From assembly GCA_965225945.1 (NCBI GenBank), contig CBDDBZ010000034.1:160001-224000 (forward strand): a stretch of 64,000 bases of DNA, read 5' to 3'. Position numbers and translations under genes: made by a program. Below are positions 1 to 8,573 of this stretch, piece after piece. Under the pieces are notes generated by a model. The model was not told the origin of the DNA. It saw only the letters and a list, made by a program, of their open reading frames with translations, and made no database searches. Source of the DNA: Alphaproteobacteria bacterium. GTDB taxonomy: Bacteria > Pseudomonadota > Alphaproteobacteria > GCA-2731375. How positions within the stretch are numbered: the first letter of the stretch is position 1; each line of letters opens with the position of its first letter.

Positions 1-1
1 C

Positions 2-1237
2 CTGGTCGGCAACTGGGTGCAGCGCGTGGCGGTCGGTTGGCTCGCCTGGGAGCTCACGCATTCCGGCGCCTGGCTCGGCCTCCTGGCCATGGCCGAGCTC
101 TCGCCGGCCCTGGTGCTGGGGCCGCTCGGCGGCGCGGTGGCCGACCGGGGCGGCCGGCTGCGCCTGATCGCAATCGCCCAGGCGGTTTCGATGGCGACCT
201 CCCTCGTGCTGGTGGGACTGATCGTCACCGATTGGGTCACGCCGGAACTGCTGATCCTGGTGGTGCTGATCTCCGGCGCGGCGCAGGGCTTCATCCAGCC
301 GGCCCGCCTCGCCCTGGTGCCGAGCCTGGTGCCGCGCGAGGACATCCCGACCGCCGTCGCCGTCAACGCCATCATTTACAACCTCGCCCGCTTCATCGGC
401 CCGGCGCTGGCCGGCGTGCTGATCGTCACCCTCGACGTCGCCGCCGCCTTCGTCGTCAACGCAGGCAGCTACCTCGCCTTCCTCCTGGTGCTCACTCGAA
501 TTCGGCTGCGCCACGACATCGTCGACACGAGCCGCTCGCGGAACACCTCGCTGCTGGCGGACATCGGCGAGGGCCTGGCCTATGCCGCCCGTCATCCCGG
601 GATCGGTCCGCTGCTGCTGCTCGCGGTGGTGATGTCGCTCGGTGTCCGGCCCTATGTCGAGCTGCTGCCGGGCTTCGCCGACGCGGTCTTCAAGGGCGGC
701 GCGGAGACGCTGGCGGCGCTCACCTCGACGATCGGCGCCGGCGCGATTTTGAGCGGTTTCTGGCTGGCCCAGCGCGGCGATCGGGAGGGGCTCGGCCGCA
801 TTACGCTTCTGGCCATGGGGGTTCTGATCCTGTCCGTGATCGGCTTTGCCGCGACCGATAGCTTCGCCCTGGCGCTCGTGGCGATGGGTGTCTCGGGTCT
901 CTCCATGGTGGTCGGCGGGGTCGGCGCCCAGACGCTGATCCAGCTCTCCATCCGGCCCGAGATGCGGGCCCGGGTGATGAGCCTCTATGGCCTGATCTTT
1001 CGCGGCGGACCAGCGGCGGGTGCCTTGGCGATGGGTGCGGCCTCGGAGGTGGTGGGGCTGCGCTGGCCCTTGGCGGTGGGCGGCCTGGCGGCGCTCGCGG
1101 TCTGGGCCTTCACTTGGATACGCCGCCGGGATGCGATCTCCGATCTCGAAGGCCGGGGCCAGACCCGTGAATCGCCAACCGGTGAGCGAGAGGCTAATCT
1201 GGCGGCCGAGAAACCATCGCGCGAGGGGGGGGAATGA
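2..1237 (+). CDS. MFS transporter (5' end truncated by window edge)
   Basis: Many hydrophobic helices; MFS motif A-like GAVADRGGRLRL; frame open to the window start. Confidence 0.9.
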   Translation: MVGNWVQRVAVGWLAWELTHSGAWLGLLAMAELSPALVLGPLGGAVADRGGRLRLIAIAQAVSMATSLVLVGLIVTDWVTPELLILVVLISGAAQGFIQPARLALVPSLVPREDIPTAVAVNAIIYNLARFIGPALAGVLIVTLDVAAAFVVNAGSYLAFLLVLTRIRLRHDIVDTSRSRNTSLLADIGEGLAYAARHPGIGPLLLLAVVMSLGVRPYVELLPGFADAVFKGGAETLAALTSTIGAGAILSGFWLAQRGDREGLGRITLLAMGVLILSVIGFAATDSFALALVAMGVSGLSMVVGGVGAQTLIQLSIRPEMRARVMSLYGLIFRGGPAAGALAMGAASEVVGLRWPLAVGGLAALAVWAFTWIRRRDAISDLEGRGQTRESPTGEREANLAAEKPSREGGE

Positions 1238-2448
1238 CCGAGGGGTGGCCACTCGAGGACGTCCAGGTCTTGGAATTCTCGCACGCCATCATGGGCCCGT
1301 CGGCCGGCATGATCTTGGGCGATCTCGGCGCCGATGTGATCAAGATCGAGCCGGTGCCCGCGGGCGATAGGACCCGCTGGCTGAAGACCGTGGGGCTAGG
1401 CTTCTTCCCCTATTTCGGCCGCAACAAGCGGAGCCTGGCGATCGACGTCCAGGCGCCCGAATGTCGCCAGGTGATCGACGCCCTGGTGGCCCGATGCGAC
1501 GTTGTGCTGGAAAATTTCGCCCCCGGCTCGATGGAGCAATGGCAACTCGGCTACGAGCGGCTGGCCGAGATCAATCCCGGCCTGATTTACTGCGCCCTCA
1601 AGGGCTTCCTCTCCGGGCCCTACGAGCACCGCCGGGCGCTGGACGAGGTCGCCCAGATGATGAGCGGGCTCGCCTACATGACTGGGCCGGAGGGCCGGCC
1701 CTTGCGCGCCGGCACCTCGGTGATCGACATCTTGGGCGGGCTCGGCGGCGTGGTCGGCATCCTGGCGGCGCTGCGCGAGCGAGACCGCAGCGGCCGGGGC
1801 CAGAAAGTGAAATCGGGCCTGTTCGAGGCCGCGAGCTTCATCATGGGCCAGCAGATGGTGCAGTCGATGCTCACCGGCGAAGTGCCGGTGACCATGGCGC
1901 GGCCGGTCCGGGCCTGGGGGGTCTACGACATCTTCACCTCGAGCGACGAAAAGATGATCTTCATCGGCGTGGTGACCGAGACCCAGTGGCGCCGCTTCTG
2001 CGAGGTCTTCGAGCGCGCCGATCTCGCGGCCGACCCCCGCCTCGCCAGCAACGCGGAGCGGGTCGAGCAGCGCGAGTGGCTGATCCCCTCGCTGGCTGAA
2101 TTCTTCCGTGGCTTCGCCGCCGCCGAGCTGTTGGCGAAGGCGGAGGAAGCGGCGCTCGCCTTCGGCCCGGTCAACCGGCCGGACCATCTGCTCGACGATC
2201 CGCACCTGAACCACGAGGGCCGCCTGGTCGAGGTGACCTTGCCCGACGGCAAGGTGGTGAAGGCGCCGCGCTTCTACGTCGAGATGGGGAACCGCTGGTT
2301 CTCCGCCCGGCGCAACCCGCCCGGGGTCAGCGAGCACGCCTGGGAAGTCCTGCGCGGCGCCGGCATCAGTGACGGCGAGATCGAGGAATTGGCCGCCAAG
2401 GGCCTGATCGTGCTACCCGAGCCGCCCGGGGAACGGGCGGCGGAATAG
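1234..2448 (+). CDS. CaiB/BaiF family (class III) CoA transferase
   Basis: GDLGADVIKIEP, RNKRSLAID and DVVLENFAPG motifs; ATGA overlap with upstream gene. Confidence 0.93.
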   Translation: MTEGWPLEDVQVLEFSHAIMGPSAGMILGDLGADVIKIEPVPAGDRTRWLKTVGLGFFPYFGRNKRSLAIDVQAPECRQVIDALVARCDVVLENFAPGSMEQWQLGYERLAEINPGLIYCALKGFLSGPYEHRRALDEVAQMMSGLAYMTGPEGRPLRAGTSVIDILGGLGGVVGILAALRERDRSGRGQKVKSGLFEAASFIMGQQMVQSMLTGEVPVTMARPVRAWGVYDIFTSSDEKMIFIGVVTETQWRRFCEVFERADLAADPRLASNAERVEQREWLIPSLAEFFRGFAAAELLAKAEEAALAFGPVNRPDHLLDDPHLNHEGRLVEVTLPDGKVVKAPRFYVEMGNRWFSARRNPPGVSEHAWEVLRGAGISDGEIEELAAKGLIVLPEPPGERAAE

Positions 2449-2526
2449 CCGGCGCGAGCGAGCGCCGTCATGGCGCGCGGGCGGCGTTTTATCGCCGCCT
2501 CCGGCACGACGGCGAGCCCGTCCCAG

Positions 2527-2578
2527 AACCGGTCACTTCGCGCGCTACCTAATCCGGCCACTTCACGCGTCACCTACA
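2527..2578. mobile_element. Putative orphan IS end (IS1202/ISNCY- or IS21-like)
   Basis: Two imperfect 16-bp direct repeats (ccggtcacttcgcgcg 2529-2544, ccggccacttcacgcg 2554-2569) ending in ACA; no transposase adjacent. Confidence 0.45.
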
Positions 2579-2698
2579 CCTGCAACGATTGTGCGTCACG
2601 AATCGGCGGCATAGTCCCCGAGGGTCCCTAGTGATCAACATACCGTCCTGCAGTCACCGTTGTACCATCCGACGCCTCTAATATTTACGCTTGAACTC

Positions 2699-3076
2699 TT
2701 ACTCGACGATTTTCCAGTAAGCGTCTTTCATAATCACTTTGCCATCTCGAAATTTATAGAAGTCACATCCCCGGACTTCGATCCTCTGGCCGGCCGTGGT
2801 CGTGCCGGTAAGCAGCCACTTCGAGATGCCGACGTTGCCGTCAATGAAGTGACTTTCCTCACCATAGTGCACATCCGGGATGCCTTCGAAGCGCGTATTC
2901 AGCATTGCCCGTACATCATCAAAGCCCTCGGCCTTTGATCCAAAGGGATATTGCCCACGGGGCATTTGAAGGACGCAGTCATCGGCGAAGAAGCTCATCA
3001 CCTTATCGATGTCATGCGCATTGAAAGCGTTGAGCAATCCGTTCAAAACGCCGGCTACTGGAGTGTCGGCTGCCAT
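2699..3076 (-). CDS. NTF2/SnoaL-like protein
   Basis: NAFNAHDIDKVMSFFADD...RGCDFYKFRDGKVIMKDAYWK; AGAGGAG RBS; visibly lower GC than flanks. Confidence 0.88.
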   Translation of the reverse strand: MAADTPVAGVLNGLLNAFNAHDIDKVMSFFADDCVLQMPRGQYPFGSKAEGFDDVRAMLNTRFEGIPDVHYGEESHFIDGNVGISKWLLTGTTTAGQRIEVRGCDFYKFRDGKVIMKDAYWKIVE

Positions 3077-3213
3077 GATGATTCTCCTCTAGGTGCGAAC
3101 GTCCTTCGATCCTAGCACCTCGATCAGGTGCTCGGTAGCACGTCGGAACCTCGAACCTCGTTGCCAGTCTGCCGAACGGTTAAAATGGATCACGACTCGC
3201 CTGTTAGCGCATG

Positions 3214-3309
3214 CTAATATTACGGGTGGCGTTGGGGAAGAACAGACGTGGTCGGACCGACCGCGAACATCGACCCGTCCGTGGACTTGCCCGCGTGCCC
3301 GGCGCGGCC
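3214..3309. repeat. Dispersed ~95-bp intergenic repeat, copy 1
   Basis: Shares the core ggggaagaacagacgtggtcggaccga and alignable flanks with 12858-12954. Confidence 0.75.
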
Positions 3310-3547
3310 CCGGCCGCTCAAATTTCTCTCATGTTCGGCGCGCTTCGACAGTTCGCGAGAGCTACTCCCGCGACTGCTACCAACCGCCCCGGCGGACTGC
3401 GCCCGCGCCGCCCCGCTCCTCCTCCCGGCCATCCAGGAAAAGTGACGGAGGCGGTGAATCATGCCTCGAGGCGAGGTCGATTGAGATTCTTCCGCTAAGG
3501 TAGGCTGCGATCCGTGGCATATGCTGTCGGGCGAAGCGGAGAGAGCC

Positions 3548-5923
3548 ATGACCGTGAATAAACTCGCGAGCGACCAAATCGGCCTGCCGGAGTTTCCGCC
3601 GGTCGCGTCCGCCGCCGGCGACGTTTTCTCGCTCTCCTCGCACAAGCGGGCGCGAGAGGCGCTGGCGTTCGGCCTTTCGGTCGCGGCGCCCGGCTTCAAT
3701 ATCTTCGTCGTGGGCGACGATCGCAGCGGGCGCATGACCGCGACTCTGGACTATTTGCAAAAGGCGGTGGCGGAACGGCCCTCGCCGCCCGACTGGCTCT
3801 ACCTCAACAACTTTCGCGAACCCCATCACCCTCGGCCCCACGCCGTGCCGGCCGGTCGGGGCCGAGTCTTCAAGGCGGCGATGGAGACGCTGCTGCCGCA
3901 GTTGCGGGAAGCCCTGAACAAGGCCTTCGGCGACGCCGGCTTCGCCAAGCAGATCGAGGCCGAAGGCGACGAGGTTCAGCGGCTGATGGGCGAGAGGATG
4001 GACGCGCTCCGCGCCACCGTGCGCGACCAGGGCTTCGATCTGTTGCAGGGCCCCCAGGGCATGTCGATCGTCGAGCTCGATGCCGAAGGCCAGCCGGCCT
4101 CGCCCGAGGGCCTGAGCGACGAGCGGCGCGAGCAACTGGAGGCCCTGACCAAGGAAGTGAACGAGAAGCTTCGCGATCTGAAGCGTGATGCCGCTCAGCG
4201 CCAGGTGCGGCTGGCCGAGAGCATTCGTGACATGACCCAGAGGGTGGCCGAAAACGCGGTCGGCGGACTGCTGGACGAGATCGCGGAACGCTTTTCCGAC
4301 CATGGCGAGATCACCACCTGGCTGGCGGATATGCGTCGCGATCTGCTGGAGAACATTGCGCTGTTTCAACCCAGGCCCGACGCCTCGCCGCCCGCGCCCG
4401 GCACGGCGCCGGAGCAGCGCTATGCCGTGAACCTGCTGGTCGATCGCGCCGACGAGCCTCATCCCAACGTCGTGCTGGAGCCAGATCCGAGCTTCGAGCG
4501 GCTCTTCGGCTATGTCGAGTATCGCCAGAGCGGCGGCATACTGGAAACCGATTTCTCGCTGATCCGCACCGGCTCGTTGCACAAGGCCAACGGCGGCATC
4601 CTGGTCCTGCGGGCCGAGAATCTGGCGGTCATGCCCGGGATCTGGCAGGCTCTGAAAGCGGCGCTGCGCGATTGCGAGATCGAGATCACCACCCAGGCCC
4701 GCCAGTCGGTGCTGCCGATCGCCGGCGCGCCGCACCCGGTGGCGATCCCCCTCGATGTGAAGGTCGTGCTGGTCGGCTCGCCGCAGTGGTACTACACCTT
4801 CTTCTCCGTCGATCCGGATTTCCAGACCTTCTTCCGGATGAAGGCCGACATCGACACCGACATGGAGGCGAGCGAGGAAAACCGCGCTCACTACGCCGGC
4901 CTGATCGAAAAAATGGCGCACGACTACGGTGAGCTGACGGTCGCGCCGGACGCGCTCGCGCGCCTCATGGCGATGGCGGCGCGCTGGTGCGGAGACCGGC
5001 GGCGCATGACGGCACAGTTCGAGCGGGTCGAGGACTGCCTTCGCGAGGCCGCGCATCTGCTGGACCCACCCTGCGAGGGGGAGGTGACGCGCGCCGCCGT
5101 CGAGGCCGCCATCGACGCCAGGCGCGAGCGCAACGCCCGCATCGAGGATCGCCTGCACGAGCAGATCGCCGAGGGGACGGTGATGATCGATGTTGCCGGC
5201 GCCGTGATCGGGCAGGTCAACGCCTTGACCGTGCGGGATACCGGCGATCATGCCTTCGGCACGCCGAGCCGCGTCACCGCCAGGGCCTCGGTCGGGCGAC
5301 GCGGCGTCATCAACATCGAGCGCGACATCGCCATGGGCGGACCGATCCAGCAGAAGGGCGCCATGGTGATAGAGGGCTTTCTCGCCGGTCACTTCGCCCG
5401 GCGTCATCCCCTCTCCTTCAACTGTTCCATCACCTTCGAGCAGAATTACGGCGGCGTCGAGGGCGACAGCGCCTCGCTGGCCGAGTTGATCGCCATTCTT
5501 TCCGACCTGTCCCGGCTACCGGTTCGCCAGGACTTGGCGATCACCGGCTCGGTCAATCAGCACGGCGAAAGTCAAGCGGTGGGTGGGGTACACCATAAGA
5601 TCGAGGGTTTCTTCCGAACCTGTTCCGATCGCGCGCCACTGAGCGGCACCCAGGGGGTGGTGGTCCCGCGCTCCAACGAGCCGAGCCTCGTGCCACGCGA
5701 CGCGATCGTCGAGGCGGTGGCGGGGAATCGCTTTCACATCTGGTCGGTCGAGACCATCGACGAGGCCCTCGAGCTGTTCCTCGGCCTCCCGGCGGGCGAA
5801 CCCGATGGCGACGGCGACTACCCGCCGGACACGATTTATGGGCTGGTCGCCGCCGAACTCGGGCGTTTCGACGCTATCCTACGCGGCGAACGGGACGGCG
5901 AGCCGGAAGATCGGGAGGCATAG
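3548..5923 (+). CDS. Lon-family S16 protease, LonC/YcbZ-like, with AAA-like domain
   Basis: DWLYLNNF, GSLHKANGGILVL, GQVNAL, EQNYGGVEGDSAS (catalytic Ser) and KIEGFF (catalytic Lys). Confidence 0.9.
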   Translation: MTVNKLASDQIGLPEFPPVASAAGDVFSLSSHKRAREALAFGLSVAAPGFNIFVVGDDRSGRMTATLDYLQKAVAERPSPPDWLYLNNFREPHHPRPHAVPAGRGRVFKAAMETLLPQLREALNKAFGDAGFAKQIEAEGDEVQRLMGERMDALRATVRDQGFDLLQGPQGMSIVELDAEGQPASPEGLSDERREQLEALTKEVNEKLRDLKRDAAQRQVRLAESIRDMTQRVAENAVGGLLDEIAERFSDHGEITTWLADMRRDLLENIALFQPRPDASPPAPGTAPEQRYAVNLLVDRADEPHPNVVLEPDPSFERLFGYVEYRQSGGILETDFSLIRTGSLHKANGGILVLRAENLAVMPGIWQALKAALRDCEIEITTQARQSVLPIAGAPHPVAIPLDVKVVLVGSPQWYYTFFSVDPDFQTFFRMKADIDTDMEASEENRAHYAGLIEKMAHDYGELTVAPDALARLMAMAARWCGDRRRMTAQFERVEDCLREAAHLLDPPCEGEVTRAAVEAAIDARRERNARIEDRLHEQIAEGTVMIDVAGAVIGQVNALTVRDTGDHAFGTPSRVTARASVGRRGVINIERDIAMGGPIQQKGAMVIEGFLAGHFARRHPLSFNCSITFEQNYGGVEGDSASLAELIAILSDLSRLPVRQDLAITGSVNQHGESQAVGGVHHKIEGFFRTCSDRAPLSGTQGVVVPRSNEPSLVPRDAIVEAVAGNRFHIWSVETIDEALELFLGLPAGEPDGDGDYPPDTIYGLVAAELGRFDAILRGERDGEPEDREA

Positions 5924-6529
5924 GGGTGTCCGCAGCTTCGTCTCCGGGGCGGAATAATTCTCGACCGAGAAGTTCCGACTGATCGGTTCATGAATACCAT
6001 GTCGGTTTCATGACACGAGGACCCGACGAGCCGTTCGACCCCGAGATCGCCCTCGACAGGCCGACGGCATCAAGCAGGCCGACCGTCCGCGCGACGGGCC
6101 GGCCCTCGACGGGGCCGTGAGGAACACATCGGGAACGGATTGAACCCGGTTCCCGTCGCCATTATGTGCTATGTTGGCGAACGCGTGAACGCACCCGATC
6201 CCGCGTTCGCGTGGCGAGGGGGGCCGGGGCTCGGGCGCCGGGACCGTGCAGTCGGGTTCGAGAGGATGATCGTCGGAGATGAGCTTCAAGGTCAAATTCT
6301 GGAGCGTCCGCGGGAGTATCGCTTGCCCGTCCGCCAAATACGTCACCTATGGCGGCAACACGAGCTGCATCGAGGTCGCGCTCGGCGGCCGTCGGATCAT
6401 TCTCGATTGCGGTACCGGATTGCGGAATTTGGGTAAGTACTTCTCGCGCAAGGACACCAAGCATGCGCATATTTTCCTCACCCATACCCATTGGTGTATC
6501 GCACCCGGTTCCTTGGACACAAGTTTGTC

Positions 6530-7441
6530 TCATGCGGCGGGCCTGAGTGACATCGCGGTGTGCCACGCCTGACGAGCTTGAGCGGGGCTCAGGTAGCCGT
6601 TCTTCTCCACGATCCACTGGGCATTGTACTGTTCGACGAACCCGCGGACGGCGTTCCGCAGCTCCGCGATGTTGCGGTAGATGCGGCCATGGATGATCTG
6701 TTCCTTGAGCGTGCGATTGAACCTCTCGGCGACGCCGTTGGTCTGGGGCTGTTCGACGAAGGCGTAGGACGGCTGGATGCCCCAGAACTTGATCTGGTTG
6801 GTGAAGTGGTCCGACAGATACTGGGAGCCGTGATCCATCCGCAAGGCCAGCCCCCGCGCCGCACCGGCGGAGGTCGAGGCATACAGCCTCGCAAGCCCCA
6901 TGGAGATCGGCTGAAGGGCGGCGAAGCGGTCGCCTCGCTTGCACACATGCCAGCCGACGCACTCGGCGTTCCAATGCTCGATGGCGGTGAATATCCAGCC
7001 CCAGCCGTCGTCCACCGTGAACACCCGAACGCCGTCCGTGCCCCACATGAGGTTGGGGGCATGGGTGATGATCTCACCGACATGGGGATTTCCGCCACGG
7101 CGGCGGCAGCGATGGGGCGAGAGCAGGTTGTTCTCGCGCATCACCCGGAGCACCCGCTTGCGGGAAACACGGATGCCACGACAGACCCGAAGCCGAGCCC
7201 AGACCTTGCGGTGTCCCTCGCCCTCCCAGGGGGATGCCTCCAGGTCGGCCTCGATGGCCACCAGCAGAGCCTCGTCCGAGATCGAGGGCTTCGGTCCCCG
7301 GCGCTTTGCTGGTGGGCGCTCAGCGGTGGCCTGCTGCCGGGATTTCATGGCGTAGAACGAGGAACGGGCAAAACCCCAGGCCGCACAGACCCGCTGGAGG
7401 CCGTAGGCCAAACCCGTGCCGGGAGAGGTGGCGGCACTCAT
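6530..7441 (-). CDS. DDE (rve integrase core) transposase, OrfB
   Basis: WGTD, RMDHGSQY and NGVAERFNRTLK catalytic motifs. Confidence 0.93.
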   Translation of the reverse strand: MSAATSPGTGLAYGLQRVCAAWGFARSSFYAMKSRQQATAERPPAKRRGPKPSISDEALLVAIEADLEASPWEGEGHRKVWARLRVCRGIRVSRKRVLRVMRENNLLSPHRCRRRGGNPHVGEIITHAPNLMWGTDGVRVFTVDDGWGWIFTAIEHWNAECVGWHVCKRGDRFAALQPISMGLARLYASTSAGAARGLALRMDHGSQYLSDHFTNQIKFWGIQPSYAFVEQPQTNGVAERFNRTLKEQIIHGRIYRNIAELRNAVRGFVEQYNAQWIVEKNGYLSPAQARQAWHTAMSLRPAA

Positions 7442-7849
7442 CGCCGCGACCTCCGCCGCCCCAAAGGGCCGGACGTCTCCGTCTTGGCCTCCAGCAGTTC
7501 CACCTGCATGATCAACTCCCCGATCCGCTTCATGGCGATGTCCAGTTCCGCCTTTACCGGATCGCCCTTGCGTTCCTTGAGCGAGGCATCGATCCCGGCG
7601 ATCGCCTTCTCACGCCACTGCTCGAGCCGGAAAATCTCCACGCCCAACTGCCGCGACAAAAGTTCCACCGGCTCGCCACGCAAAAGCCGCAGGGCAACCT
7701 CACGCTTGCGCGTCACCGTCCACCGCTGGCCAAGTCCCAGCGGGCCTGCCGGCGAAACCTGGCCCGGGGAAAACGTGGACGAGCCAAGCTCGCCCTCGTT
7801 TACCACAGGCCCATCAACAGCAACTTTGCGGCTCAAAATTGTCGGTCAT
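7438..7849 (-). pseudogene. IS OrfA (HTH), frameshifted near its start relative to copy 2
   Basis: 412 nt from ATG 7849 versus 411 nt in copy 2; cgg at 7829-7831 versus tt at 40138-40139. Confidence 0.7.
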
Positions 7850-8573
7850 GTTCCGGTCCTCCTTGGACACTTCGATTAAGCCAATTCTGTGTCCAAGGAA
7901 ATCGGGTCCGACTCACCCATACCCATTGGGACCACATCAACGGCTTTCCCTTTTTTACCCCCGGCTACCTGAAGGAAAACGCCTTCACCGTGATGGCGGG
8001 ACATCTCTACGACAGGGACTTCGGCGTGGAGGAGATCCTGGCCGGCCAGATGTCCCAGCCGACGTTTCCGGTGCCCCTCGATATCATGGCCGCGAAGCTG
8101 GATTACGTCGACTTCGAGGGCGGCGAAAGCTTCGACCTCGGCGCCGGAATCAAGATCAAAACCTGCAAGCTCAACCATCCCGACAATGCCACCGGCTACC
8201 GGATCGAATACCAGGGCGCCTCGATGTGTTACCTCACGGACACAGAGCACGTGCCCGACAAGCCGGACCAAAACATCCTGGGCCTGATCGAGGGCGCCAA
8301 TCTGGTGATCTACGACTCGACCTACACGGACAAGGAATTCAAGGACAAGATCGGTTGGGGGCATTCGACCTGGCAGGAAGGCGTGCGCCTCTGCAAGGCC
8401 GCCAACGTCGGCCGGCTAGCCATATTTCACCACGATCCCGACCACGAGGACCCCTTCATGGAGCAATTGGAGGCGGAGGCGCGCTTCGCCTGGTCCGGCG
8501 CCTTCGTCGCCCGCGAGAACATGCGGATCTTCCTGAGCCGCTGATTCGGCCCCGGGAATTGATACCACCCGCC

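Larger units (their letters stand above)
6495..7915 (-). mobile_element. IS3-like insertion sequence, copy 1 (1421 bp), 14-bp target duplication
   Basis: Imperfect TIRs TGTATCGCACCCGGTTCCTTGGACACA / TGAGTCGGACCCGATTTCCTTGGACACA; direct repeat cccatacccattgg at 6481-6494 and 7916-7929. Confidence 0.95.
6279..8544 (+). pseudogene. MBL-fold metallo-hydrolase interrupted by an IS (segments 6279-6494 and 7930-8544)
   Basis: N-half VRGSIACP..YGGNTSC..DCGTG..FLTHTHW; C-half DHINGFPFF..WGHS..FHHDP; removing the IS and one target-site copy restores a 276-aa ORF. Confidence 0.93.

Noticed and set aside
2580-3213. Integron cassette with attC site
   Set aside because: No clear paired RYYYAAC/GTTRRRY boxes and no integron integrase in the window
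3377-5407. Long antisense and alternate-frame ORFs here and throughout the window
   Set aside because: Arg/Gly/Pro-rich shadows expected in high-GC DNA, overlapping well-supported genes
7234-8544. 436-aa ORF as a novel fusion protein
   Set aside because: It is the antisense frame of the IS running into the 3' half of the split MBL gene; no credible RBS or start
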